DNA of 64,000 nucleotides from Streptomyces sp. enrichment culture (GCF_964273145.1 NZ_OZ186875.1:54038-118037), one strand, 5' to 3'. Counted from the stretch's first letter, positions 39,439 to 49,562 are shown. Translations and numbers: made by a program. The notes: a model not told the origin generated them from the letters alone.

Positions 39439-41213
39439 CGTGCCGCTCCGGCCGGTTCGGCACCGCTCAGTTCCCGCAGCCTGCGGTCCAGTTCGGCGAC
39501 CGTCGGGTGGTTGAGCACGTCGCCGACGGAGATCCTCAGGCCCAGTTCGGCCTCGATGCGGGACGTCAGGCGCACCGCCTGCAGCGACTCGCCGCCGAGT
39601 GCGAAGAAGTCGTCGTCGGGCCCCACGGAGGGGACGCCGAGCACCTGGGAGAACAGCGCGCACAGGGCGTCGTGCCGTTCGTCCCGTACCGGGCCGGACC
39701 GGTCCGTTTGCCGGGGGGCGGGGGCGGGCAGCGCCGCGCGGTCCAGTTTCCCGTTCGCCGTCAGGGGCAGCCCGGCCAGCTCCACGAACACGGCGGGCAC
39801 CATGTAGTCGGGCAGCACGGCGGCGAGCGCGGTCCGCAGCTCCGTCAGGTCCGTGTGCGCGTCCTTGGGCACCACGTAGGCGACCAGGCGCCGCTCGCCG
39901 CCCTCCTGTTCCTGCGCGACGACGGCGGCGTGCGCCACGCCCGACTGACCGGCCAGCACGTGCTCCACCTCGGCGGGTTCCACCCGGAAGCCGCGGATCT
40001 TGACCTGGTCGCCGACGCGGCCGGCGAACTCGAGCCCGTGCGGGCCGCGGCGCATCAGGTCGCCGGTGCGGTACAGCAGGGTCCCGGGCCGCAGCGGATC
40101 CTCCACGAACCGCTGGGCCGTCAGGTCCGGCCGCCCGAAGTAGCCGCGGGCCAGGCGCTCACCCGCGATGCACAGCTCACCGACCTCGCCGTCGGCGACC
40201 GGCCGCAGGTCCTCGTCGAGCAGCCGCGCCTCCACGGTGTCCATCGGGCGGCCGACGGGGACGGGCCCCGTCAGGTCGCAGGGCGCGGTGAGCGTGGCGT
40301 ACGCGGCGAACGAGGACACCTCGGTCGCGCCGTACATGGCCCGTACCACCAGACGCGGGCAGGCGTCCAGGACCCGGCGCACAGCCGTGGGGGAGACCAC
40401 GTCACCACCGGTGAGGACCTCGCGCACGGTGGCGAAACTGTCCGGGGCCTCCTCGGCGAACAGCCGGAACAGGCCCGCGGTCACGTGCAGCGCGGTGATG
40501 CCGTGCCGGGTGATGAGCCGGCGCACGGTGCGCACGTCCAGGTCGCCGGGCGGCGGCAGCACGAGCCGCCCGCCGCGTAGCAGCGGCACCCACAGTTCGT
40601 AGGTGGACACGCCGAAGGCGTACGGCGCGAGGGCGAGGACCCGCCGGTGCGCCTCCCCGTCCCAGCACGAGTCGTCGACCAGGCCGAGCACGCCGCGGTG
40701 GGTGACCGCGACGCCCTTGGGCTCGCCGGTGGAGCCGGAGGTGTGGATGACGTAGGCGAGCCGGTCCGCGTCCACCGCCACGGCGGGGTCCGTCGCCGGC
40801 GCGGCGGCCACGGCCTCGTCCTCGGCCGGGAGCACCACCAGGCGGGTGCGCGGCAGGCCGCGCTCCCGCATCACCCGGTCGGTCAGCAGCACGGGGGAGC
40901 CGGCCAGGTCCGTGATCCGCTGCATGCGCGGCAGCGGGTGGGCGCTGTGCAGCGGCAGGTAGCAGGCACCGGCCTTGAGCACGGCCAGGATCGCCACCAC
41001 CACGTCCACCGAGCGCTCCATCAGCACGGCGACCGGGTCCTCCGGCCGCACGCCCGAGCGCAGCAGGTGGTGGGCGAGGCGGTTGGCCCGCTCGTCGAGC
41101 CGGCGGTAGGTCAGCTCTCCGCCGGACGAGGAGACCGCCACCGCGTCGGGGGTCCGGCGGACCTGCGCGGCGAAGCGTTCGTGAATCGAGGTGGGGACCA
41201 TCGTGTTGTCCAA
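39435..41213 (-). CDS. Stand-alone adenylation-PCP didomain
   Basis: HTSGSTGEPKG, YGATE, YRTGD, QVKIRGFRVE and NGKLDR motifs; PCP FFALGGESL. Confidence 0.92.
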   Translation of the reverse strand: MDNTMVPTSIHERFAAQVRRTPDAVAVSSSGGELTYRRLDERANRLAHHLLRSGVRPEDPVAVLMERSVDVVVAILAVLKAGACYLPLHSAHPLPRMQRITDLAGSPVLLTDRVMRERGLPRTRLVVLPAEDEAVAAAPATDPAVAVDADRLAYVIHTSGSTGEPKGVAVTHRGVLGLVDDSCWDGEAHRRVLALAPYAFGVSTYELWVPLLRGGRLVLPPPGDLDVRTVRRLITRHGITALHVTAGLFRLFAEEAPDSFATVREVLTGGDVVSPTAVRRVLDACPRLVVRAMYGATEVSSFAAYATLTAPCDLTGPVPVGRPMDTVEARLLDEDLRPVADGEVGELCIAGERLARGYFGRPDLTAQRFVEDPLRPGTLLYRTGDLMRRGPHGLEFAGRVGDQVKIRGFRVEPAEVEHVLAGQSGVAHAAVVAQEQEGGERRLVAYVVPKDAHTDLTELRTALAAVLPDYMVPAVFVELAGLPLTANGKLDRAALPAPAPRQTDRSGPVRDERHDALCALFSQVLGVPSVGPDDDFFALGGESLQAVRLTSRIEAELGLRISVGDVLNHPTVAELDRRLRELSGAEPAGAAR

Positions 41214-41504
41214 TCGCTCGTCCCTGCCGGTCGCGGCCCGTACGCAGACGGCCTGACGGGTCAGCGGGAACGGTCACACGGGGCCGTCGCGCGCTGCATC
41301 TCTTGGATTGCCGTGTGCGGTCCCGCGGGTGCGGCGTCAGAGCACGCGACGAGATGTGCCGCGCCGGCGGCCGGTGCGACGATGGCGCGGACCGGCTCCG
41401 TCCGCGCCGGACGGCGGCCCGTCCCCGCAGTGCCCGCATCGAGATCGGGAGCCACACGTGAGCACTGACTTCCCCGGCTGCCCAGCGGCGCCCGCGAGGG
41501 TGCC

Positions 41505-42515
41505 GTGAGGTACTACCACCTGCCCGTCTTCGCCGGCCCCGAGGCGCTGGTGCTGGACCGTCGCGAGACTCCCCGCCCGGCCGCGCGGGAGGTGCTCGTA
41601 CGGATGCGGGCCTGGTCGCTCAACTACCGCGATCTGCTCATCGCCGGCGGCAGGTACGGGCGCGGCATGAAGGCGGACGTGGTGCCGTTGTCCGACGGGG
41701 CGGGCGAGGTGGTCGCGGTCGGCTCCCAGGTGACGCGCTGGAAGCCGGGCGACCGTGTCATGAGCGTCTTCATGCCGCGGTGGGTCCGCGGGCCGGCGAC
41801 CGACGCCAAGGTGGCCGTCGCGCTCGGGGGCACCGTCGACGGCGTGCTCGCCGAGTACGTGACGTTCGACCAGGACGCCGTGGTGGCCACGCCCGCGCAC
41901 CTGTCCCACGCGGAGGCCGCGACGCTGCCCTGCGCCGCGGTCACCGCCTGGCACGCCCTGGTGACGCAGGGCGGGCTGGCCGCCGGTCAGTCGGTGCTGA
42001 CCCTGGGCAGCGGAGGCGTGTCCGTCTTCGCGTTGCAGTTCGCCGTGGCCGCGGGTGCGCGGGCCGTCGTCACCTCCGGCAGCGACGCCAAGCTGGAGCG
42101 GCTGCTGTCCATGGGGGCGGTGGCCGGCGTCAACCACGCGCGTGTTCCCCGGTGGGGCCGCCGCGTCCACGAGCTGGCGGGCGGCGGTGTCGACCACGTC
42201 GTCGAGGTCGGCGGCGCGGGCACGCTGCCGCAGTCGGTCCGAGCCGTGCGCACGGGCGGGCGGATCAGCGTGATCGGCGTGCTGAGCCAGGGGGAGGGCC
42301 TCGGCCCGGTCGCGCTGCTGCGCAAGGCCGTGACCGTGCAGGGCATGCAGGTGGGCGCCAGGGAGACGTTCGAGGAGATGGCCCGCGCCATCGCCGTTCA
42401 CCGGCTCCGTCCCGTCATCGACCGCGTGTTCCCGTTCTCCGAGGCCCGGAGCGCCTATGAGCACCTGGCCTCCGGCGGCCACTTCGGCAAGGTCGTGATC
42501 ACGGCGGACCGGTAG
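41505..42515 (+). CDS. MDR-family NAD(P)-dependent dehydrogenase/reductase
   Basis: SLNYRDL, SDGAGEV, LPCAAVTAW, GSGGVS and HFGKVVI motifs. Confidence 0.85.
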   Translation: MRYYHLPVFAGPEALVLDRRETPRPAAREVLVRMRAWSLNYRDLLIAGGRYGRGMKADVVPLSDGAGEVVAVGSQVTRWKPGDRVMSVFMPRWVRGPATDAKVAVALGGTVDGVLAEYVTFDQDAVVATPAHLSHAEAATLPCAAVTAWHALVTQGGLAAGQSVLTLGSGGVSVFALQFAVAAGARAVVTSGSDAKLERLLSMGAVAGVNHARVPRWGRRVHELAGGGVDHVVEVGGAGTLPQSVRAVRTGGRISVIGVLSQGEGLGPVALLRKAVTVQGMQVGARETFEEMARAIAVHRLRPVIDRVFPFSEARSAYEHLASGGHFGKVVITADR

Positions 42516-42720
42516 CGCCTCGCCGGGTCCGGATCCGCCGGCCCCCGGCCGCCCGCCCCGGCCCGGGACGACGGCAGCCCCGCCGGCGGCACCGGATCGA
42601 GCGGGTGAGGGACCGGCCCTCGTGGGCCGCGGGACCAGCCCACCGCCCCTGCGGCGCGTTCCCGGGCCACGCCCCGGCATCACCGGACGCCGGGGCGTGC
42701 GCCCGTGCGGGGCCCGCGGC

Positions 42721-43173
42721 TCAGGCGGCCTGTGCCAGGTGCTGGACGAGCCGGTCGAAGCTGCTGTGCAGGCCGGCGACCGCCTCGGGGCTGCGGAACA
42801 TCGCCGGGACACGGGTCTGGTGCACGACCAGTTCGGTCCTGCCGTCGGTCTCGGTGAAGGTCATGGTCGACACCAGGCCCGTGGCGGCCACGGTGAAAGC
42901 GATCTTCTCGGGCTCGACCACGTCGATGAAGGTGGCGCTCATCGGGTACTCCGTACCGTCGGCGTCGGACACCATGACCGTCTCGAAGACACCACCCGGA
43001 CGCGGGTCGATCCTGATCTTCTCCACCGGGAGCGACGTCCCGGCCGGGCTCCAGAACCGGGCCAGTTGCTCAGGCTCGACGAACGCCCGGAAGACCCGTT
43101 CACGGGGAGCGTCGAACACGCGGGTGAGGGTGAGTTCTCCGAGGTCGCTGTCGGCGGTGTCCTGCAGGGTCAT
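42721..43173 (-). CDS. SRPBCC/AHA1-like (START-fold) protein
   Basis: LTLTRVFDAPRERVFRAF..PEQLARFW; coupled to ArsR. Confidence 0.85.
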   Translation of the reverse strand: MTLQDTADSDLGELTLTRVFDAPRERVFRAFVEPEQLARFWSPAGTSLPVEKIRIDPRPGGVFETVMVSDADGTEYPMSATFIDVVEPEKIAFTVAATGLVSTMTFTETDGRTELVVHQTRVPAMFRSPEAVAGLHSSFDRLVQHLAQAA

Positions 43174-43514
43174 TGCTGTGCCTTTCGTCGTCGGTCCTGG
43201 GTGCTCTGCAGGTGCTGGTCGAGGCGGTCCAGCCGCGACTGCCACACCTGCGCCTGACGTTCGATCCATTCCGCGGCGGTGCCCAGCGGCGCCACCTCGA
43301 GGCGGCAGGGACGCCACTGGGCGTCGCGGCCCCGGGTGATCAGTCCCGCCCGCTCGAGCACCTTCAGGTGCCGTGAGACGGCCTGGAGGCTGATGTCGAA
43401 GGGCTCGGCCAGTTCGTTCACCGTCGCCTCGCCGGCTGCCAGACGCGTCAGGATCGCCCGGCGGGTGGGGTCCGCTAGGGCTGAGAACGTGTTGCTGAGT
43501 TCGTCATTTGCCAT
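43170..43514 (-). CDS. ArsR/SmtB-family repressor
   Basis: FSALADPTRRAIL...SRHLKVLERAGLI. Confidence 0.9.
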   Translation of the reverse strand: MANDELSNTFSALADPTRRAILTRLAAGEATVNELAEPFDISLQAVSRHLKVLERAGLITRGRDAQWRPCRLEVAPLGTAAEWIERQAQVWQSRLDRLDQHLQSTQDRRRKAQQ

Positions 43515-43520
43515 CTCTCA

Positions 43521-43554
43521 TTCAACCTACCGATTGATTAACTGTATGGTTGAT
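43521..43554. promoter_or_regulatory. ArsR-type double operator 1
   Basis: TTCAACCTACCGATTGATTAACTGTATGGTTGAT: two adjoining TYAAC-N6-DTTGA palindromes right before arsR. Confidence 0.7.
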
Positions 43555-43777
43555 TGTGTCTTCCCGGGCGCACGTGCGTCAAGGGACGTCGCGGGGTGGC
43601 GAAGGCCCCGTGCGGCCACGTGCCCGACGGCTCGTCGGGCAGGTGCGGCGGCGCGCGTCCGGGAAGGCTGGTCCCCGGTCGGCCGGACCGGTTCCCACGA
43701 CACGCTCTTCAGCAACACACGGCACTCCCGGTCCGGCGCCGCCGGGCCGACCAGGTCGAAACCGAGAGGATGACTCG

Positions 43778-44716
43778 ATGTCTGTAACGAAGGTGGAAAG
43801 CCTGCGGGTTCCGGGCGCGACGCTGCACTACGAGGTCAGCGGCCAGGGTCCCGTTCTGCTGATGATCTGCGGCGGTCCCACGGACGCCGCCATCTACTCC
43901 GGGATCGCCGAGGCGCTCGCCGACGAGTACACCGTCGTGCGCTTCGACCCCCGCGGAAACTCCCGCAGCTCCCTGGAGGGCGCCCCCGAGGAGCAGCGGG
44001 TCGAGGTGTACAGCGATGACGCGCACCGCCTGCTGGCGGCCCTCGGGCAGGAGCCGGCCCACGTGTTCGCCAGCAGCGGTGGAGCCCTGGTCGGACTGGA
44101 CCTGGTCGTCCGTCACCCCGAGCAGGTGCGCACCCTGGTGGCGCACGAGCCGCCGGTGATGGAGCTGCTGGAGGACCGCGCGCGCTGGCGCGAGCACTTC
44201 CAGGACGTGCACGACACCTACCGTGCCGCAGGCGTCGGCCCCGCGATGCAGAAGTTCATCGCGGGGGCGGAGGCCGGGGACGGCGGCCCGCAGGGCGCCC
44301 CGGAGGCCGGTCCCGGCCCGCAGGGTGCCCCGGAGGCCGGTCCCGGCCCGCAGGGTGCCCCGGAGGCCGGTCCCGGCCCGCAGGGCGCCCCGGGTCCGGA
44401 CATGGGCGGCATGAGCCCGGAGATGATGGAGATGATGGGGCGGATGGCGGCGAACGCCGAGTTCTTCGTCGGCCACGTGATGCTGCCGTTCAGCCGCTAC
44501 GTCCCGGACGCCGAGGCGCTGAAGGGCGCACCGACCCGCGTCGTCTGCGCGGCGGGCGAGGCGTCCCGGGACACGGCGATCCACCGGGCGAGCCTCGCGC
44601 TCGCGCAGAGCGCGGGCGCGGAGGTCGTGGACTTCCCCGGCGACCACCAGGGCTTCCTGACGCACAGCGCCCCGTTCGCCGAGACGCTGCGCAAGGTGCT
44701 TGCCGGCAGCCGGTGA
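43778..44716 (+). CDS. Alpha/beta hydrolase (SgcI-like)
   Basis: DPRGNSRS, nucleophile elbow ASSGG, AHEPP and PGDHQG motifs. Confidence 0.8.
   Translation: MSVTKVESLRVPGATLHYEVSGQGPVLLMICGGPTDAAIYSGIAEALADEYTVVRFDPRGNSRSSLEGAPEEQRVEVYSDDAHRLLAALGQEPAHVFASSGGALVGLDLVVRHPEQVRTLVAHEPPVMELLEDRARWREHFQDVHDTYRAAGVGPAMQKFIAGAEAGDGGPQGAPEAGPGPQGAPEAGPGPQGAPEAGPGPQGAPGPDMGGMSPEMMEMMGRMAANAEFFVGHVMLPFSRYVPDAEALKGAPTRVVCAAGEASRDTAIHRASLALAQSAGAEVVDFPGDHQGFLTHSAPFAETLRKVLAGSR
44284..44393 (+). repeat. 30-bp in-frame tandem repeat (~3.7 copies)
   Basis: CGGCCCGCAGGGYGCCCCGGAGGCCGGTCC units encoding GPQGAPEAGP. Confidence 0.92.
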
Positions 44717-44848
44717 CCGGCGGCGGGGGCGGGCCGGGGCCCGCCCCCGCGGGCGCCCCGCGCGGTGCGGCGCGGACCTGGGAACACCCGACGGCGAGGC
44801 GGTCCCGGCAATGCCGGGGCCGCCTCGCCGCGTGTCCGCAGGGCGGGA

Positions 44849-46438
44849 TCAGACGCGTGCCGTCTCCGGCACGGGCGCGTCGGAGGGCTCCTGCGCGACG
44901 GGGGCCTTCGCGGGGCCGGGCTCCTCCTGGCCGACCGGCGGCACGTGCCGCAGCTTCGCCGCGATCAGGACGGCGACGCCGGCCAGCAGCACGGCACCGA
45001 TGCCGGTGACGGCGTGCAGCGAAGCGGTGAACGCCTCCTGCGCCGGGGACAGGACCGCCGTGCGCAGGCGCTCCGGCGCACCGGCCACGGCGGCGCCCGC
45101 GCCGGCGAGGCTGTCGCGGGCCGCTTCGGTGATCGCGGCCGGGACGCCGGCCGGGATCGCGTCGTGGATCTGGTGGCGGTAGACGGCGCTGCCGACGGTA
45201 CCCACGACCGCGATGCCCAGGGCGGAGCCGAACTCGTTGCACATCTGCGCCAGCGAGCCCGCCGAACCCGCCTTCTCCATCGGGGCGTTGGCGATCACCA
45301 GGTTGGTGCCGAGCGCCACCAGCGGCGCACCGCAGAAGGAGAACACGGCGAACCCGACGACCAGGGTCGTGACACTGGTGGCCTGGGTGAAGACGACCAT
45401 GCAGATCGCGGTGCCCACCATGCCGCCGGAGATCAGGTAGGCGGGGCGGACCTTGGCCGCGATGGCCGGGGTGATGGCGAACGCCACCGTGGCGGCGGCC
45501 ATGCCGGGCAGCATCGCCAGCCCCGACCGGAGAGTGGACAGACCGCCGACCAGCTGGAAGAACTGGGAGGCGAACAGCATGGTCGCGCCGCCCACCAGGC
45601 TGTAGGTCAGCAGGCTGCCCAGCGTCACGCTGAAGGCCCCGTTGGAGAACAGCTTCAGGTCCACGAGCGGGTCGCTCAGCCGGCGCTGACGGCGCAGGAA
45701 GAGCGTGCCGAAGACGAGGCCGGCCACCAGCGAGGCGAGCGGCAGCGGCTCCCAGCCGGTACGGGCCAGTTCCTTGATGCCGTAGATCAGCGGCAGGATG
45801 CCGGCGAGTGACAGCACGACGCTGAGCGCGTCGGCCCGGCCGGCCTTGGTGTCACGGAACTCGGGAAGGACGGCCGGACCGACCGCGAGGAGGAGGACCA
45901 TGGCCGGTACGCCCAGCAGGAACACCGAGCCCCACCAGAAGGCCTCCAGCATGACGCCGCCCAGGACCGGGCCGATGATGGCACCGAGCGTGAACATGCC
46001 GCCCCAGATGCCGATGGCCGAGGCCCGCTGCTTGTCGTCGCGGAACATGGTGCTGATGAGCGCCAGGGTCGAGGGGGCCAGGGTGGCGCCGGCGATGCCG
46101 AGGACGGCCCGGGCCGCGATCAGCAGCCCGGGGCTGGTGGCGAACGCCGCCGTGACCGAGGCGATGCCGAACACGGTCGCGCCGATGAGCAGCAGCTTGC
46201 GGCGGCCGATCCGGTCGCCGAGGGTGCCCATGGTGAGCAGGAAGCCCGCCAGCGTGAAGCCGTAGATGTCCATGATCCACAGCTGCTCGTTGCCGTCCGC
46301 GCCCAGGTCCGCGCTCAGCTGCGGAAGGGCGAGCAGGAGCACGAAGATGTCGAAGGAGACCAGGAAGGTGGGCAGGGCGAGCACAGCAAGCCCCAGCCAC
46401 TCCCGGCGTCCGGCCTTGGTTACCCCGCCGGTTGTCAC
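44849..46438 (-). CDS. MFS DHA2 drug efflux pump (SgcB-like)
   Basis: WIMDIY and GTLGDRIGRRKLL (motif A); about 14 hydrophobic segments. Confidence 0.9.
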   Translation of the reverse strand: MTTGGVTKAGRREWLGLAVLALPTFLVSFDIFVLLLALPQLSADLGADGNEQLWIMDIYGFTLAGFLLTMGTLGDRIGRRKLLLIGATVFGIASVTAAFATSPGLLIAARAVLGIAGATLAPSTLALISTMFRDDKQRASAIGIWGGMFTLGAIIGPVLGGVMLEAFWWGSVFLLGVPAMVLLLAVGPAVLPEFRDTKAGRADALSVVLSLAGILPLIYGIKELARTGWEPLPLASLVAGLVFGTLFLRRQRRLSDPLVDLKLFSNGAFSVTLGSLLTYSLVGGATMLFASQFFQLVGGLSTLRSGLAMLPGMAAATVAFAITPAIAAKVRPAYLISGGMVGTAICMVVFTQATSVTTLVVGFAVFSFCGAPLVALGTNLVIANAPMEKAGSAGSLAQMCNEFGSALGIAVVGTVGSAVYRHQIHDAIPAGVPAAITEAARDSLAGAGAAVAGAPERLRTAVLSPAQEAFTASLHAVTGIGAVLLAGVAVLIAAKLRHVPPVGQEEPGPAKAPVAQEPSDAPVPETARV

Positions 46439-46460
46439 GATTGCCGCCCTCCAGTCGGTA

Positions 46461-46494
46461 GTTAACTGGCTGTTTGATTAACGAGTCAGTTGAT
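46461..46494. promoter_or_regulatory. ArsR-type double operator 2
   Basis: GTTAACTGGCTGTTTGATTAACGAGTCAGTTGAT; same length and register as the 43521 site; upstream of the MFS pump. Confidence 0.7.
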
Positions 46495-46670
46495 TATTGG
46501 AGGGTGGTCAGGACGCGTCAAGCGCGACTTCGGCCGCTACGCGCGAAGTCGGTGAACCGCCGTGGAAGTGCGCACGCTGGGAGATGCGGGCTCCTCCGCC
46601 GCCTCGTGACGATGAGGCCACGACCGGCCCGCCGGGCCGGTCGCGCACACCGTGGCATGCGGAGGGAGAC

Positions 46671-47705
46671 GTGGTGGCCGGCAGGGACGACGCCGGGGCG
46701 AGACTGTGGGCCATGGCCCATCTGGCGACCCCGATGACGATACGCGTGGCCGCCACCCTGCGCGTCGCCGACCACCTCGCCAGGACACCGCACACCGCGC
46801 CGCGGCTGGCCGAGGCGGTCGGCGCCGACGAGGACGCGCTCGACCGGGTCCTCAGGCACCTCGCTCGCAAGGGAGTGCTGGAGCGGGACGACTCGGGCCG
46901 CTACACCCTGACCGAACTGGGCGAACCGCTGCGATCCGACCACCCCGCCGGTCTGTGCGCCATGCTCGACACCGAGGGCGCCGTCGGCCGCGCGGAACTC
47001 TCCTTCGTCCATCTGCTGCACAGTGTCCGCACCGGCGAGGCCGCCTTCCCGCTGCAGTTCGGCCGCACGTTCTGGGAGGACCTGGGCGAGGACGTCGAGC
47101 GCGCCGCCTCCTTCGACACGCGGATGAGCGCGGACCTGGCCGCCGCCCGCAGGGCGGACATCGTCTCCGGTTACGACTGGGGGACGCTGGACCACGTGGT
47201 CGACGTCGGCGGCGGCGACGGATCGCTGCTGATCGCGCTGCTCCAGGCCCACCCGCGGCTGCGTGGCACCGTCGTCGACCTCCCGCACGCGGCCCGGCAG
47301 GCGCACACGGCCCTCGCCGGGGCGGGGCTCGCCGACCGCGGGGAGGCCGTACCGGGCAGCTTCTTCGAACCGCTGCCCGCGGGGGCCTCGGGCTACCTGC
47401 TCTCCTCGGTGGTCCACGACTGGGCCGACGCCGAGGCGCGGGCCATCCTGCGCCGTTGCGCGCAGGCCGCGCGCCCCGGCGGCCGGGTGTTCGTCGTGGA
47501 ACGGATCGGCGCCGACGGCGAGTCGCCGGGCACTGCGATGGACCTGCGGATGCTCGCCTACTACGGCGGCAAGGAACGCGGGGTCACCGAACTGTCCGCG
47601 CTCGCCGGGGAATGCGGGCTCGCCGTCGTCGCGGTGCACCCCGCCGGCGCCCTGTCCATCCTCGAACTGGCCGTGCGGCAGGGCGACACCTTCCCACCCC
47701 GATGA
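46671..47705 (+). CDS. SAM-dependent O-methyltransferase (SgcD4-like)
   Basis: N-terminal dimerisation domain, VDVGGGDG, GSFF and HDW motifs; GTG after GGAGGG. Confidence 0.85.
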   Translation: MVAGRDDAGARLWAMAHLATPMTIRVAATLRVADHLARTPHTAPRLAEAVGADEDALDRVLRHLARKGVLERDDSGRYTLTELGEPLRSDHPAGLCAMLDTEGAVGRAELSFVHLLHSVRTGEAAFPLQFGRTFWEDLGEDVERAASFDTRMSADLAAARRADIVSGYDWGTLDHVVDVGGGDGSLLIALLQAHPRLRGTVVDLPHAARQAHTALAGAGLADRGEAVPGSFFEPLPAGASGYLLSSVVHDWADAEARAILRRCAQAARPGGRVFVVERIGADGESPGTAMDLRMLAYYGGKERGVTELSALAGECGLAVVAVHPAGALSILELAVRQGDTFPPR

Positions 47706-47763
47706 ACCGCGGGCCGCTGCACCGGCCGTGGGGGCCCGCTCACGCGCTCGCCAGGAGATGCCG

Positions 47764-49050
47764 ATGACCGTGTCCGTGCCGCCGCGACCCCGCGAGGTGA
47801 TGACGGCACTCGTGTCCCCCGAGGGCCGCCGGGACCCCTACCCGCTCTACGACGCCCTCAGGGCGCACGGAGGTCTGGTCCCGGTCAAACCGGGGCTGAT
47901 GGCCGCCGTCGGCTACGCCGAGTGCTCCCGCGCCCTGCGCGAGCCGCGGCTCCTGGTCCAGGACGCCGCGAGCCACGACGCGCTGTACCCGAACTGGCGT
48001 TCCCATTCCTCGCTGCGTGGTTTCACCAACTCCGTCCTCTACACCAACCCGCCGGACCACTCCCGCATGCGCCGCCTGATGAGCGCGGCGTTCACGCCCC
48101 GCAGAGTGGCCGGCCTCGAACCGGCGATCGTCCGGATGACCGACCGGCTGCTCGACCGCATGGCCCGCCTCGGCGGTGACGGCGCCCCGGTCGACTTCAT
48201 GGCGGAGTTCGCCTACCGGCTGCCGGTCGCGGTGATCGGCGCGATGCTGGGAGTGCCCGACGACGACCGGATCTGGTTCCGCACCGCGGTCGAGCACGTC
48301 ACCGTCGCGCTGGAGGGGGTCAGCCGGGCCTCGGACCTGGCCCCCGCGGACCGCGCGATGGACGAACTCGCCGCCTACTTCACCGCGCTGGTCGGCCGAC
48401 GGCGCCGTCGGCCCGCGGACGACCTGATCAGCGCGCTGGTCCAGGCCCATGACAACGACGGCGAGCGGTTCACCGAGGACGAACTCGTCGGCAACCTCGT
48501 GCTGCTGCTCGCGGCCGGCTTCGACACGACCACCCACCTCCTCGGCCAGGGCCTGCAACTGGCGTTCGCGCACCCCGAGTGGGCCGCCCGGCTGCCCCAC
48601 GACCCGCACCTCGCCGCCGGATACGTGGAGGAGACGCTGCGGATCGCTCCGCCGGTCCACGCCACCAGCCGCATCGCCGGCACGGAGGTGGACCTGCTGG
48701 GCACGCGCGTGCCGGCGGGCACCAAGGTGCTCGTCCTGCTCGCCGCCGGGAACCGGGATCCGCGGCGCTTTCCCGAGCCGCACAGGTTCGATCCGGCCCG
48801 CCCGGACGTGCAGCCCCTCAGCTTCGGTGCCGGGGCGCACTTCTGCCTGGGGGCGCCGCTCGCCCGGCTGGAGGCACGGCTCGCGCTGCCCAGGCTGCTC
48901 GCCCGGTTCCCCGGCCTCGCTCCTGCCGGGACTCCCACGCTCCGCGACCGGCTCGTCGTCCCGGGCCACGACGAGCTCCCGGTCACGGTCGGACGGCCGC
49001 CGGCCGCCGGGGACGGCCTTGGGGACCAACGCAACAGCCGGTACCGGTGA
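47764..49050 (+). CDS. Cytochrome P450 (CYP107-like)
   Basis: NPPDHSRMR, AGFDTT, ETLR and SFGAGAHFCLG motifs. Confidence 0.9.
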   Translation: MTVSVPPRPREVMTALVSPEGRRDPYPLYDALRAHGGLVPVKPGLMAAVGYAECSRALREPRLLVQDAASHDALYPNWRSHSSLRGFTNSVLYTNPPDHSRMRRLMSAAFTPRRVAGLEPAIVRMTDRLLDRMARLGGDGAPVDFMAEFAYRLPVAVIGAMLGVPDDDRIWFRTAVEHVTVALEGVSRASDLAPADRAMDELAAYFTALVGRRRRRPADDLISALVQAHDNDGERFTEDELVGNLVLLLAAGFDTTTHLLGQGLQLAFAHPEWAARLPHDPHLAAGYVEETLRIAPPVHATSRIAGTEVDLLGTRVPAGTKVLVLLAAGNRDPRRFPEPHRFDPARPDVQPLSFGAGAHFCLGAPLARLEARLALPRLLARFPGLAPAGTPTLRDRLVVPGHDELPVTVGRPPAAGDGLGDQRNSRYR

Positions 49051-49150
49051 GGTCGGTCATGGCCGGGCTGTCGTGATCCGGCAGCACGAGTGATCAGCAC
49101 CGGGCAGGCGCTCCGTGAAAGATCCACGGCCCCCGGGGCCAGGTGGTTGC

Positions 49151-49350
49151 GTCCGCCGCATCGCGGAGGAGCGGCTGCACACCACGGTCGCCAAGGCGGC
49201 CCGGCGGGCGGGCCCGGCGCTGCCGGGGGACCTGGTGGCGCTGCCGAGGACGCCGGAGGGCAAGCGGTACTCGTACCTGGAGCAGCCGCGCCCGCCGCGC
49301 GACCCGGACACGCCCGAACCGGACGAGGACGACGACGGCCGCGACGACTG
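49151..49350 (+). pseudogene. Tn3-family transposase remnant with a large internal deletion
   Basis: RIAEERLHTTVAKAARRAGPALPGDLVAL..TPEGKRYS.LE joined to an RDPD..E.DEDDD tail; both resemble Streptomyces Tn3 TnpA segments as recalled. Confidence 0.5.
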
Positions 49351-49483
49351 GGCCCGGCACTTCACCAGGGCACCGGGTCAGCGCCGGCGTGGAGCCAGAT
49401 TGCGGATCGACCGCTTGTGTCGCTCCAGTGTTCGGGCTGGTCAACGGTGGCGTGGAAAAATCTCGAAGAATGTCGTCGTCGGA

Positions 49484-49510
49484 TGTCGAGGACCCGCTTC
49501 CCGCTCCGAC
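49484..49510 (+). promoter_or_regulatory. ECF42-type promoter
   Basis: TGTCGA-N17-CGAC upstream of the DGPF/ECF pair; fits the ECF42 -35/-10 consensus. Confidence 0.6.
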
Positions 49511-49562
49511 CAAGGGGTGACAGCGCGCCGACGGGGCGCGCGGTATGGAGGGGACACCCGAG

